DNA of 64,000 nucleotides from a virus, in IMG/VR virus record IMGVR_UViG_3300022744_000020, positions 26,203 to 90,202 of that record; one strand, 5' to 3'. This document shows, piece by piece, positions 47,562 to 57,902 of this stretch; the first letter of the stretch is position 1; the number at the start of each line of letters is the position of its first letter. The notes beneath the pieces were generated by a model. It ran no database searches. It was not told the DNA's origin and was given only the letters and a program-made list of their open reading frames with translations. Both the position numbers and the translations under genes were made by a program.

Positions 47562-49676
47562 TTAGCTGGCGACGTAATCCGACATGCGGAAAGCACCCAG
47601 GTTCAGCGTCTGAACGGTCTTGGCCACGTTGCCGTAGAAGTTGATCGACAGCGTCCACGAGTAGCCGCGCATCGAGTCAGCCGAGGTCACGCGGCAGACC
47701 GGTTCGATGCGGTACAGACCCGCGAAGCGACCCACGGTCCGCTTCTCGACTTCGGCGTTGATCACGTCCTCGAGCTGGCGCTCGGTGTAGCGGATCGAAC
47801 CGGTGAACGAACGCTGAATGGCGTCGCCGACCTTCTGCAGGGTGGTCTGCAGGCAAGCCGAGAAGTAGTTGTTGAGGATCGACGTGTCGTTGTCGTACAC
47901 CGTCTGCAGGGCCGGGAAGTAGTTCACCGAGCGCGAGAACGCCGACACCCAGTTCATGCCGTTGTCCCAGTCTTGGTTGCGAACCGAAGCCGGGGTGAAC
48001 AGCACGTTGATGTCCGTGAACATCTTGATCTGGTTGTTCGGCGAGCGATCGAAGATCTTGCCTTCGTTCCAGATGCCGTCCGAAGCGCCCATCATCTCGG
48101 CGCTCATGCGTGCCAGCTCGATCGACAGCGGCAGCTTGTGGCGATACTGCGAGGAGACCATACGGCCCGAACGCGGCATCAGCAGGCCACGCGAAGTCTG
48201 GGTTCCGTAGAACTCCGACTCCGGGAAGTTGCGCAGGCGGTTGCGCAGCATCAGACCCAGCGAACGCTCTTCAGCGGCCGTCAGGTCCGGGCCACCAACG
48301 ACGTGCGTGACCACGATCGGCAGGAGATCCTTGCGGATCGCCAGCACTTGGCACATGTCCTTCTTCGCATTGATACCGAAGCCGGTATCGTAGAAGTGGC
48401 TTTCCACATTGACCGCGTTCTCTTGAACCGGATCGTTCGGATCGGCGTAGCGGCGCAGTTGTTCGCCCACCAGCGCGTCGAACTTGGCCAGCGACATCTC
48501 GCCATCAGCACCGCCGGCGGCGTAGTGCGTGGTCTGATCCGACATCAGGACCGATTCAGCCGACGAAGTGTCCACTTGGTAGGACAGGTACTCAGCACCA
48601 CCAGCGTTTTGACCGCTGACGAAGTTGAAGAACCATTTCTCGTCGCTGTCGCCGACCAGGTCGGTACCGACTGCACCACCAGCAGCTTCGATCGCAGCGC
48701 GCTCCGCGGCATAGAAGCGATCGACCAGGTCTTCGATCACTTCCGAGTAGACCTTCAGGCCACCGAAGTCGCCATAGATCTTCGAGAAGCGCGGATCGTC
48801 GACTTGCTGGTAGCGGTCGATGAAGGTGTCCGACAGCGAGAAGTTCGCGTCGGTGTTGGGGTTGATCACGCCTTCACGGAACGAGAATTCGACGAAGGGC
48901 TCGGCAAACTTCGTTTGCACGATGGTGCCGGTGGTCTTCTCGTTCGGACGACGGATGACCGCCATACGGAACGGGTAGGCGCGGACGGCTTCCATCACCT
49001 TCTTGTTCATCGGGGACGTACCGGTTTCGGTCGGAGCCCACAGACGAATGCCACTGTTGTTGTAGACCTTGCCGTAGCTGGAGGCCCACAGTTGAGCGAT
49101 CGGATACAGTCGCGACTGCTTGGTGCCGTCCGCGCTCGTCAGCGTGCCAGCCAGTTCCGCCAGAGCGCCGAACGAAGATTCGTCGGCATAAGCGGTTTTG
49201 CGCTTGATGACCCAGCGAACCTTGAAGCCGGGGACGAATGCGGCCGGCGTTGCCAGTTGCGGCTCGTTCAGCTCATCACGCAGGATTTCGCCGGCAGTGG
49301 TACGCTTGTAGACCGGGATCTGCTCTTCGAGCACTTCCAGATACAGCGCCAGGTTGGCACGCGGGCCCAGGCCGTGTTCGGGCTTGGGGAACACACGTTG
49401 GATCATGTGCGAGTTCGCTGCCTCCATCAGAACGTTCGACAGAACCGTCTGGTGGGTAGCGTACGCACTGCGCTCGTCGAAGGTCGTGCTGCCGAAGATG
49501 GCTTCGCGCGTCTTGCTGTTGACCAGCACTTCGTGCATCGGACCCTTCTCGGCGTAGATGTACACCTTCGGAAGGTGTTGCGGGTAATTTTCCGGCTCAA
49601 CGACCGGGACACGGAAAGACTTATCTTCCGTACCCAGCGCATAGGACATTGGCGCGGCGTTGACAATGGAACTCAT
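47562..49676 (-). CDS. Contractile tail sheath protein (phiKZ gp29-like, 704 aa)
   Basis: IVNAAP..G..DKS, PQHLP..YIYAEKGP, YATHQT, FYDTGF, FPESEFYGT, FPALQTVY.NDTSIL motifs. Confidence 0.88.
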   Translation of the reverse strand: MSSIVNAAPMSYALGTEDKSFRVPVVEPENYPQHLPKVYIYAEKGPMHEVLVNSKTREAIFGSTTFDERSAYATHQTVLSNVLMEAANSHMIQRVFPKPEHGLGPRANLALYLEVLEEQIPVYKRTTAGEILRDELNEPQLATPAAFVPGFKVRWVIKRKTAYADESSFGALAELAGTLTSADGTKQSRLYPIAQLWASSYGKVYNNSGIRLWAPTETGTSPMNKKVMEAVRAYPFRMAVIRRPNEKTTGTIVQTKFAEPFVEFSFREGVINPNTDANFSLSDTFIDRYQQVDDPRFSKIYGDFGGLKVYSEVIEDLVDRFYAAERAAIEAAGGAVGTDLVGDSDEKWFFNFVSGQNAGGAEYLSYQVDTSSAESVLMSDQTTHYAAGGADGEMSLAKFDALVGEQLRRYADPNDPVQENAVNVESHFYDTGFGINAKKDMCQVLAIRKDLLPIVVTHVVGGPDLTAAEERSLGLMLRNRLRNFPESEFYGTQTSRGLLMPRSGRMVSSQYRHKLPLSIELARMSAEMMGASDGIWNEGKIFDRSPNNQIKMFTDINVLFTPASVRNQDWDNGMNWVSAFSRSVNYFPALQTVYDNDTSILNNYFSACLQTTLQKVGDAIQRSFTGSIRYTERQLEDVINAEVEKRTVGRFAGLYRIEPVCRVTSADSMRGYSWTLSINFYGNVAKTVQTLNLGAFRMSDYVAS

Positions 49677-49872
49677 GTCGAATCCTCGTGGAGAAAAAAG
49701 AAAATGATCAACTATTCCGACGCTTTTTGATCGCCGGTAGGCTCGAAACCTTAAACATAATAACTTCTATCCATAAAAAGTTATCACGCTCAGATTATAA
49801 GGTGGCTCCGTTTCGACGGAAAACAACACACCAGATAAGAAAATTCAGTCCAGAGGGACTGAATGTACTTTA

Positions 49873-49899
49873 TTTTGATGCTATATTACCTAGCTGCAT
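49873..49899 (+). promoter_or_regulatory. Putative early (vRNAP) promoter
   Basis: Exact TATATTAC at 49882-49889. Confidence 0.7.
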
Positions 49900-49930
49900 T
49901 AGACCACAACCGCTGAAAAGGATCCCTGGC

Positions 49931-50668
49931 ATGCTTGAAATCTTAAATCCGCAATCCATTCCCGACATCGATTTCAACGAAAAAGAACTCCAAGAGATCG
50001 AGACCATCACGGAACTGATGCCGTATCTAAAGAAAGCCCTGGAGTACCTTCATGGGGTTTCGAAGCTTCTCGGGATCAAAGGCTGGTACTGGCCGGAGAA
50101 GTACGATAAATTTCGAGAAGCACTTGGATGCTCATTGAGCCGCATCATTCGAGAGCTCCCGGAGAAAGAACGGGATCTTTCCCTGGTGGAGAGCTTACGG
50201 CTCGACGGGTTCAAGGTGCAATCCTTTTTGATATTGGAAGACGAACCCACAATGCACCGGGTGATCAGCACCACCCCGCCTTGCCCCTACGCCATTGCGT
50301 ATTTTGATCCAAACGAGGTTGAAATCATGAAGAAAGTCAAAGAAAGCATCGCCGAGATCAACCCGAAGGGTGTGGTCCTTCGTACCGAACATCTGATCCC
50401 GCTGCTGGTTCTCGGTGCGGAGTATCTGGAGCGACACAAGGAGGAGCTCGACATCACCGGAATTCCCCCAGACTACATCGATTATCGATTCGCCTTGGAA
50501 GTTTTCTGTACGTTGTATCTGCTGAACCCGGATCATACCCCGAATGAAGTCGAAATGGAGAAGGTCCGGAAGAAAGGATTCACCATCATTCGTTCACATC
50601 GAGAAGGAAAGGTCGAGTATGCGATCTATCGAAATAGCTTCTGCATTGTGATCTTTCAAGGCTCGTGA
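49931..50668 (+). CDS. Hypothetical early protein with two internal repeats (245 aa)
   Basis: AAGGA RBS before ATG 49931, terminator at about 50681-50710. Confidence 0.75.
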   Translation: MLEILNPQSIPDIDFNEKELQEIETITELMPYLKKALEYLHGVSKLLGIKGWYWPEKYDKFREALGCSLSRIIRELPEKERDLSLVESLRLDGFKVQSFLILEDEPTMHRVISTTPPCPYAIAYFDPNEVEIMKKVKESIAEINPKGVVLRTEHLIPLLVLGAEYLERHKEELDITGIPPDYIDYRFALEVFCTLYLLNPDHTPNEVEMEKVRKKGFTIIRSHREGKVEYAIYRNSFCIVIFQGS

Positions 50669-50808
50669 TTGATGAGCAAGAGGAGCCCTTCGGGGCCCTT
50701 TATTTTTTGTCTTTACGTCTGCTGTCTTCCATCCTTTAGACGGGGTTAGCCTCAATTTTGTTGCAGTTTTCCAGCAACCTTTTATCCTCCTTGAAGGAGT
50801 CAGAGAAC

Positions 50809-51798
50809 ATGTCTGTTTTTCAAACCGCCTACGACACCACGACCTGTGCCGGATATGTCCTGGACACCATCCGAGCCAAATGTGCTGAAGCACTCAGCCG
50901 CTCTTTTCTGCCTTCGTTCAAGGCAAGCAGCATCTACAGCGAAGAGGCACTCAGCGTCTTCCTGATTCGAGGCGGTGAAGTGGCTCAGGATGTGATCCCG
51001 TTTTTTCACCATCCGATAATGGTGGATCTTCCTGGACTGGATGTGAAGCAAGGGTTGTTCGTTGACGTTCGCCCGTATGGTGCATTTGTCCCGGCCCAGA
51101 ATTTCTTCCGACTGCGTAACGTCGACGAGTACATCTGGACTGTCAAGAAGGCTGCACTCGGAGCTGCTTGGCTGATCAACCGCCAGGAGAAGATTCGTGA
51201 CCTCTCCCCACTGCCCGCCCAGGTCTACTCAACCGTTATCTCTCAAGTGCTGACGACCCGGTTCGCACTGGAGATTGGGGATCAGCTCAAGATTCGAGCC
51301 GCGGCTTGCTGGTTCTACCTGAGTCTGTTCTCGCAAGCTGACGACTACGACGAATTCCAACGCAACCAAATGATCGGCCGCGTTGCTCAGATCACCAAGA
51401 TCCCAGCAGGCACCGTCTACGAGATCCTTGGGGATGAACCTCCGGTTTGGAAGGACCTGAACGAGTTCTGTGAAGGCGTGAAGAATCTCACGGGCAATAT
51501 CCGCCTGCAGAAGTTTGAGCGTGGTCTTCTTATCGAATGCGTCAGCCGTATTTGGTACGGTAACAATTCGGCAGAAACAATCGCCGTAGGACTGGAACAC
51601 CCTCCGACGTGGATCATGATCATCTACGGCTGCGTCGGTCAAGCGTCTTTCAAGCGCAGCACGATCTTCAAAACTGTAGACAAGTACGCCAAACAAGGCG
51701 TGGGTGAGACGCTTCTCAAGCAAATCGACCGGGTAATGGATCCCGATGGTGAGCTTGAAGAATTCCTCAATCCGAAAGAAAAGTTTCAACTGATCTAA
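50809..51798 (+). CDS. Virion structural protein (phiKZ gp28-like)
   Basis: AAGGAG RBS, F.TAYDTT.C, PFFHHP, VGLEHPPTW motifs, divergent from the sheath. Confidence 0.75.
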   Translation: MSVFQTAYDTTTCAGYVLDTIRAKCAEALSRSFLPSFKASSIYSEEALSVFLIRGGEVAQDVIPFFHHPIMVDLPGLDVKQGLFVDVRPYGAFVPAQNFFRLRNVDEYIWTVKKAALGAAWLINRQEKIRDLSPLPAQVYSTVISQVLTTRFALEIGDQLKIRAAACWFYLSLFSQADDYDEFQRNQMIGRVAQITKIPAGTVYEILGDEPPVWKDLNEFCEGVKNLTGNIRLQKFERGLLIECVSRIWYGNNSAETIAVGLEHPPTWIMIIYGCVGQASFKRSTIFKTVDKYAKQGVGETLLKQIDRVMDPDGELEEFLNPKEKFQLI

Positions 51799-51809
51799 GG
51801 AGCAAGACA

Positions 51810-54383
51810 ATGACCTGCGATTATCTCCTCGAACACGCTCTCAAAAACGTGTGGTGTTCCCCGGAACAAGATAACCAGGTCATATTGAAACCAGCCAGGC
51901 TCACTCCATCGACGGGTGTGAGCCTGGCTTTCAGTTTCTCTATGACCCAATTGAGAATGCCCGATACCGGGCGCTTCCATCTGTTTCAGATTGGCCTGGT
52001 TCATCCGGCTCTGCTGAGTTTGAAAGCTGTTAAGAATCGCTGGATTCTTTTCTCTAGCGTTTGCGAAAAACTCAACACGATTTACGATCTGTACACGCAA
52101 AACGGTTTGCAGCTTGCGCGGACCCAATCTTGGTACATGGTTACTGAAAACCGTAACTTGATCATTGCGGTCAAGGAGCATCCTCGCGTCCCGGCAAGAC
52201 TGGGAATCGAGCCGCTGTTCCTGAGAATCTACCAAAATCACTACCTGGTTGATCTGGCCGATAGTGTTGCTGATTTTGGACTAGAGGTAAAGATTGAAGG
52301 CGGGATGCTGCCAACGCTGAACGAAGTAGTCGCGCTTCAAATGAAATACGAGGCCGCCGTCGCTCAAGCCAAAGCTACTCAGGGACATGTCTATAGTTTC
52401 TGCAATGGACATCTCGTTAAGAACATTTCACTTTTGACGGTCACAGGTGGGGATGTTGCGGAATTTGTTTATGATTCTTCCATCACGGAAGTTTTGGATT
52501 TTCCGGTAACCGATCTGAAGATGTTCACCTCGACTTTAGACCGCCGAGGAAAATATCTTCTCCATCCACCAAAGACCGGAGTGGCTCAGATCAATTTCCA
52601 GGATGATGTCGATGTGTTTTTGATGGATGCCAATACCAAAAAAGGCATTTGGTATCACAAGAACCGAGAAGATGCTCTTAGAAACGTCACTCATCGGGAC
52701 TACTCGACGCCGGTCGAACATGTCGAGCAGTTTGTGCTGGCTCATTCAAGTTGGCTCACCAATGCGAATGCGGTTATTCGGCTACATGTTCGCTCCACTG
52801 GGGTCGTGCGTGAATTAATTCAAGACCATGCACGAGTTCACGAACTCTACCGACTGCCTGATAGCGAGATCGTTAACTGCTTAACAAATGCTCAAGCCTC
52901 CATCTCGACGTGGAGAGCGGCGTCTTTGGAAGCTGGGGCTTACACCAGACTGATGAAGGTCCCCTCCGCTGAGATAACAAAGCCATTGGTGGCCAGCGCG
53001 TATGGCTATAACTACAGCGCCAAGCTGATTGGTAAAACCCATCACCGGGTAGAGGCGGCCCCTGGGGTTCGTAAAGTGGAAGTACCTGAGGCTTATCGTC
53101 CCAGATCCACTGTGCTGGAGCATGATGCCGAAGGACATTTGATTGGGTGGAGCTTATTGACGAACTCAACCACCTACGACTGTAAGAGTCCAGATGCTCG
53201 GATTGTGGAGTTTGTTTTTGGTCATGCGGGTACAGATCTTGACGAATGCGTCGACAAGAAATCCTGCACGGTCGAAGATTCCGAGTACGACTACCGTCTC
53301 TATGCCTGCCCAAAAACCTCCAACGACCAAGAAGAAGATTGGCGAGACGTCACAGGTGACAATAGCTTCTACCAGATCGTCAATGGCGTACTGACCTGGA
53401 AGACCACCGCCGACTGGAGAACGATTTCCAGATCGAATAAGAACTGCCTGATCAAAGAGATCGAACTCGATGTCAGCGATGGACAGATGGTGGTGACTTT
53501 GAGTAATCGGCAACTCAAAGCTGACGGCTTCTTTGAAGAGAAAGTGATGGAAGTCCCTCTCGGGGAACTTCATGTCTGGGTCAATGGAAGACCCTGCATT
53601 GACGGGGTGGACTACCATTACAAATTCCCGCACATTCACTTCTGGAACAAAGAGTTTCTGATTGCGGGGAAGCAAAAGATCACGATTCTGCACAAGGGAC
53701 TGTGTGATTCGAATCTGCAACTGTCCGACCAATCAGAATCGGGGTTCGTCTACCGTGGGCGGTTGAGTGTGGATCAAAAATTCAGCACACGAAACGATCG
53801 ACCCATTCACATTGTCGTCGCCGGCTCCATCAAATTACCGGAAGATGTGGTGTTTGATGAGGACACGGAAACCTTCGATCAGAACAGCCCTCTTAACGGG
53901 AAACCGTACTGTGTTCGTGAAGGGGTGGTGCCGATGCGTTGTCAGTCTGGTAAAGACACGTACAAGTTTCGTGACGAGTCCAGAACGGTAGATAAGGAAA
54001 TTTCAGGTTACCTTAGTCTGAAACTGCCCCAACAAAATCCTACGGATGTCAATCCAGTCAACGGCTACTGGAGAATTTATTCCCCGATGCTCAGTAAGGT
54101 CATCTACGATCTGAAGATGGGCACGTTCCTGCCAGCGTGCTTGACAAAACCAAACTACGGGGACAACGACATTCTGTTGGACTTGAAACGATATGAGTCG
54201 TTATACCTCGTGGATCCATTGAATCCTGAACTTCGACCGAACACTGGGTTTGTACTTATCGAACCACATCCGTGGGCGGGTGTCGTCTCGGTGAGTCTGA
54301 GTCACTACGTGTTCTTGAACAAGGTGGTCAAACTTTTGGCTGCCAACGTGGTTAACTTGGCCACCAGCGTCCGAATCAATTAA
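51810..54383 (+). CDS. Virion structural protein (phiKZ gp27-like, 857 aa)
   Basis: DYLLEHALKNVWCSPEQDNQ N-terminus, VTHRDYS, synteny. Confidence 0.78.
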   Translation: MTCDYLLEHALKNVWCSPEQDNQVILKPARLTPSTGVSLAFSFSMTQLRMPDTGRFHLFQIGLVHPALLSLKAVKNRWILFSSVCEKLNTIYDLYTQNGLQLARTQSWYMVTENRNLIIAVKEHPRVPARLGIEPLFLRIYQNHYLVDLADSVADFGLEVKIEGGMLPTLNEVVALQMKYEAAVAQAKATQGHVYSFCNGHLVKNISLLTVTGGDVAEFVYDSSITEVLDFPVTDLKMFTSTLDRRGKYLLHPPKTGVAQINFQDDVDVFLMDANTKKGIWYHKNREDALRNVTHRDYSTPVEHVEQFVLAHSSWLTNANAVIRLHVRSTGVVRELIQDHARVHELYRLPDSEIVNCLTNAQASISTWRAASLEAGAYTRLMKVPSAEITKPLVASAYGYNYSAKLIGKTHHRVEAAPGVRKVEVPEAYRPRSTVLEHDAEGHLIGWSLLTNSTTYDCKSPDARIVEFVFGHAGTDLDECVDKKSCTVEDSEYDYRLYACPKTSNDQEEDWRDVTGDNSFYQIVNGVLTWKTTADWRTISRSNKNCLIKEIELDVSDGQMVVTLSNRQLKADGFFEEKVMEVPLGELHVWVNGRPCIDGVDYHYKFPHIHFWNKEFLIAGKQKITILHKGLCDSNLQLSDQSESGFVYRGRLSVDQKFSTRNDRPIHIVVAGSIKLPEDVVFDEDTETFDQNSPLNGKPYCVREGVVPMRCQSGKDTYKFRDESRTVDKEISGYLSLKLPQQNPTDVNPVNGYWRIYSPMLSKVIYDLKMGTFLPACLTKPNYGDNDILLDLKRYESLYLVDPLNPELRPNTGFVLIEPHPWAGVVSVSLSHYVFLNKVVKLLAANVVNLATSVRIN

Positions 54384-54401
54384 CTTTAGAGAGAACGCAA
54401 T

Positions 54402-56129
54402 ATGAGCACCACCGGAAATCCGTTGGCCATTGTCGGTACGGATGGTTTCAGTCCCATCTATAACCCGGAAGGCCGTTTTCAACAATGGGATAAAGCCCAG
54501 ATCTACCTGGGCCGAGAAGGAAAGAATAAGTACGTCCCGAACGTGCGGGACCACGTGGTCGAGACCATTGGTCGTCGGATCATGAAGTACATCGTTACCA
54601 GCCTTTCTGTGGAGTTGGTGCCCACGCTGGAAGCGGAGGATCAGACGCTGTATTTGGGAGACATGTCCCAATACGACTGGTTGGTGGGCGTAGGGTTGGG
54701 GGCTCGAAGCGATTACTACCTTGCCTATGTCGATAAGCGAGTGAAGCCGAATCGCCTGTGCATCGACACTCGTTTGGTGGTTCCAGGCTCCGCTGCCGCC
54801 TACTGCAAGGTTTTCCGCGGAGCTACGCTGGATGACTCTGGCGTGGTGGTGAGTCGAGTCTATTCTCCGGGTGGTCAGTTCCTCAGTGAAAACATTCCTT
54901 TGGAATTGGTGGCGACTGGAACAATGAACAATCTGGCGATCAAGACACCGGTTGCGGCACACACCAATTTGGACCTCATCAACAACGAAAGACTCACGGC
55001 GGTCTTCTACGACAACAACGGCACGCCGATGGACCGGAGAAATCTGGTTGTGCACGAAACGGGCTACATTCGTAGTTTGGATGCTGGTAAGAAATACATC
55101 ATCAGCGTCGAACTTGAATCTCCCTTCATCGATCGTGGTAATCCGAGATTGATCAGCTATCCGATCAACCTTCCGCTTCAGGGTTTGAATCTGACGGCTG
55201 TCGTGACATATTCGAACGGTACGCAAACGGAGGTCAAGCGATTCGGGATTGATCAATCGAAGGTTGAGCTGTTTGGCTTCAGTCAGTACGTTTCTACACG
55301 AGTGGGGAGAAAGTTCGAAGTGGTTCTGAAGTACCACCTCGGCGCAGATGAGATTTCCTACGATCTCAACAACGTGGGAAACACCTCCATCACCGTGAAG
55401 TACAACGCGGTAACGCTCAACGCCGATGGCGTCTACGGTATGCAGCTTTACGCATATCCGGTTTGGAAGGATGCCGTCTCTGGCTACTCGCTGAAATGGT
55501 GGATGTACAACTTGAGACGAAACGTTTTCTTCGACGTGACGGACCAGGTTCGAATCAACACAACGCTATCGGCTTTCAATCCTCTCAGTTACGGTGTTCT
55601 GCAGCGACTGTCGGTGTCGATCAATCTGAGAGACGTGAACCCGATGTACCGCAGCTACGTTCACACGCAAGTCATGGACGTGGTGCTCGAAGCGCCGGGA
55701 TCAGATCGTAGTGGCACCAATTGGAGCGTGGGGTTTGTCCCAACGCAGGAAGCTCGGTACGGGATCGGTATCCATGCAACGACGCAGTACCTCTCTGCAG
55801 GTCGGTGGAATCTGAACATAACTTCCGGAATCACCAAGAAGTCGGAATGGATCGAGAGAATCTACAGGGCTACTCAACCACTGAGCGATCCGGGTACGGA
55901 ATATGCGGCTCCGGAACCAACTCATTTCGTGCTGGTGGTTGGAGATTTGTCGGTGGAATATCCGATCGATCAGTGGAATTCGAACTTCACTGTGACGGCA
56001 GAGATGAGAAACAGTCAAAGCGTGTTCATCCGCTTCATTCATCGCACTCCTACCGATGATCTTCAACTCAGCATTGCTGGGATGATCGTCTATCAGTTGG
56101 ATGCGACCGGAGCGGTTCTGGGCGTATAA
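54402..56129 (+). CDS. Virion structural protein (phiKZ gp26-like, 575 aa)
   Basis: IYLG..G..KYVPNV.D, LESPF, APEPTHF motifs, synteny. Confidence 0.75.
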   Translation: MSTTGNPLAIVGTDGFSPIYNPEGRFQQWDKAQIYLGREGKNKYVPNVRDHVVETIGRRIMKYIVTSLSVELVPTLEAEDQTLYLGDMSQYDWLVGVGLGARSDYYLAYVDKRVKPNRLCIDTRLVVPGSAAAYCKVFRGATLDDSGVVVSRVYSPGGQFLSENIPLELVATGTMNNLAIKTPVAAHTNLDLINNERLTAVFYDNNGTPMDRRNLVVHETGYIRSLDAGKKYIISVELESPFIDRGNPRLISYPINLPLQGLNLTAVVTYSNGTQTEVKRFGIDQSKVELFGFSQYVSTRVGRKFEVVLKYHLGADEISYDLNNVGNTSITVKYNAVTLNADGVYGMQLYAYPVWKDAVSGYSLKWWMYNLRRNVFFDVTDQVRINTTLSAFNPLSYGVLQRLSVSINLRDVNPMYRSYVHTQVMDVVLEAPGSDRSGTNWSVGFVPTQEARYGIGIHATTQYLSAGRWNLNITSGITKKSEWIERIYRATQPLSDPGTEYAAPEPTHFVLVVGDLSVEYPIDQWNSNFTVTAEMRNSQSVFIRFIHRTPTDDLQLSIAGMIVYQLDATGAVLGV

Positions 56130-56141
56130 GCTCAATCAAAT

Positions 56142-56184
56142 TACGCCAACGCAGCCATGGGGAAACCCAGGCTGCGTTGGCGTA
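56142..56184 (+). terminator. 15-bp hairpin followed by TATGC
   Basis: TACGCCAACGCAGCC / GGCTGCGTTGGCGTA. Confidence 0.7.
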
Positions 56185-56204
56185 TGCTGAAACCTTATTG
56201 GAAG

Positions 56205-56234
56205 TTATAATGACCCTATATTACTTACGTGAGT
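56205..56234 (+). promoter_or_regulatory. Putative early (vRNAP) promoter
   Basis: Exact TATATTAC at 56217-56224. Confidence 0.7.
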
Positions 56235-56273
56235 AATTGATCAAACGTCTCTTCCACCACCGAGGTAATCCTC

Positions 56274-57050
56274 ATGACCCGTAATTGCATTTTCCCCGCT
56301 ACTGCTGAAGACTTCGAGCGTCCCTATTACGGTGGGGTAAAACGAAAGATCTTCACCTTGAAGGAAGCCAACGAATATCTGAAGACTGAACAGCAACTCA
56401 TCACTCAAAGCAGCTCTACCTGGGGCGTTCATTTTTACTGCAACGATCATTTGTTTTCGGCTGTTAGAAACAAGGGAGAGGAAACTCTCTGGCTTCTGCC
56501 AGAGTATTTTTGTCCCAGCACCCATCGATTAACCCAAGGTCGGCGTCACGTTGTTCCTCGCGCCGGTCTGGAAGACGGCGTGGTCGATAGCGTGGAAAAA
56601 TATGAATTCATTTTCCACCACGATAGCAGACTCCTTACAACTTTAGAAGAGTTGATTCATTTCATCAACGTGGAGCAGCCACGGATGGCCAAAGAGATCG
56701 CTCTCAAGATGCTGCGAAATAAACCAAAAAGCGTCACCTATCAGGACAACTTCCTTGGTGTTCCGGTCCACCAGATTTTGGCAGATAAAAGGATCCCGAT
56801 TTCAAAGATCGTCGCGGACAAGTCCGGATCTATCTACCGCCTACATGGCTATCGCTACGAGTGCGGCGATGTCTATTGGCACTCACGCGAGATGGTGGAA
56901 GTTGGGCACCAATACTGGCTTCGAGTGACAGCAACGTACGGCTCTCTGAAAAGAAAGAACAAGAACCTCAAACACATCCAGACCCGACTGGACAAGAAGG
57001 CGGAAAAGCATCTGCGCGAAGCCGTCATCGACTACATCGAGAGGAAGTAA
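56274..57050 (+). CDS. Hypothetical early protein (258 aa)
   Basis: GAGG RBS. Confidence 0.78.
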   Translation: MTRNCIFPATAEDFERPYYGGVKRKIFTLKEANEYLKTEQQLITQSSSTWGVHFYCNDHLFSAVRNKGEETLWLLPEYFCPSTHRLTQGRRHVVPRAGLEDGVVDSVEKYEFIFHHDSRLLTTLEELIHFINVEQPRMAKEIALKMLRNKPKSVTYQDNFLGVPVHQILADKRIPISKIVADKSGSIYRLHGYRYECGDVYWHSREMVEVGHQYWLRVTATYGSLKRKNKNLKHIQTRLDKKAEKHLREAVIDYIERK

Positions 57051-57054
57051 GGTC

Positions 57055-57456
57055 GTGAACCAAAAAGAAATTCTCCAATTCGTTCAGAATCGTCCAAAGA
57101 ACCTGCATGGTTTCGATGATTGGTTCAGAACCGACATGCACGAAATCTTAACGCGAGGTATCCGCGTCAAGCGGCTGAGAATTTACCGTGTTGTTTGGCA
57201 CGATTCGTCCGGTCGGGAGTTTATCCAATATGAAGTGGAATGCGAGACCGGCCGCCGACATCACGATGGTCGGATTGAGTGGTTTCAGAACGGATGTGCG
57301 GTGGGGGTTTTTCCGCACGACGACCGAAGAGGGAACCGCAGCTATAGGAAAGCAAAGCGCCACGTCAACCAACTCTCGAAGACCTGGGCGAACCGGGCCA
57401 AGAGGCAGCTTTCTGAAGAGCTTCAAAGCAAGAAATGGATGCTTCTCGTTCAGTAA
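57055..57456 (+). CDS. Basic hypothetical protein (133 aa)
   Basis: 4 nt after the upstream stop, GTG start. Confidence 0.7.
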   Translation: MNQKEILQFVQNRPKNLHGFDDWFRTDMHEILTRGIRVKRLRIYRVVWHDSSGREFIQYEVECETGRRHHDGRIEWFQNGCAVGVFPHDDRRGNRSYRKAKRHVNQLSKTWANRAKRQLSEELQSKKWMLLVQ

Positions 57457-57512
57457 AAAAAAAACCAATCCCGCAAATATATAGAGCAACTCGTCTGGTA
57501 CTTGGAGTAACT

Positions 57513-57800
57513 ATGACCATTTTGGAAAAACTCAGAAAGCTGCGCGAAACAAGCAAAGCGGATGTAAAATTGACAGTCTTCGACCTCGCCGATCGCAAGG
57601 ACGAGTTGAAGAAAACGATCAACGAAATGCGGGTTGGTGATGTGGTTGGTGGTATTGCAACCATCAACACCATTTTGCAGAATGGACAGGTCGTCTACGT
57701 CAAGGTCACGCATCTTCCGCAGAGTTTGAAAATTCGGAGATTCTGGCACTACGAAATCGATGCGGCGCTGGATCACGCCTTGACCCAGTACGGCGCGTGA
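57513..57800 (+). CDS. Hypothetical protein (95 aa)
   Basis: GGAG RBS, followed by hairpin caggcactccgggg/ccccggagtgcctg plus T tract. Confidence 0.75.
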   Translation: MTILEKLRKLRETSKADVKLTVFDLADRKDELKKTINEMRVGDVVGGIATINTILQNGQVVYVKVTHLPQSLKIRRFWHYEIDAALDHALTQYGA

Positions 57801-57902
57801 GTTCTGCCGACGAATGAACAGGCACTCCGGGGATTCCCCGGAGTGCCTGAATCTTTTTATTTTGTTGTTCAATCTTTAGAACCTCAACCACAAAGGTGCT
57901 TT

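Noticed and set aside
47973..49730. 585-aa plus-strand ORF
   Set aside because: Antisense shadow of the GC-biased sheath gene.
57455..57464. Poly-A run as a frameshift or phase-variation site
   Set aside because: It begins within a stop codon and is otherwise intergenic. The next gene has its own RBS and ATG.
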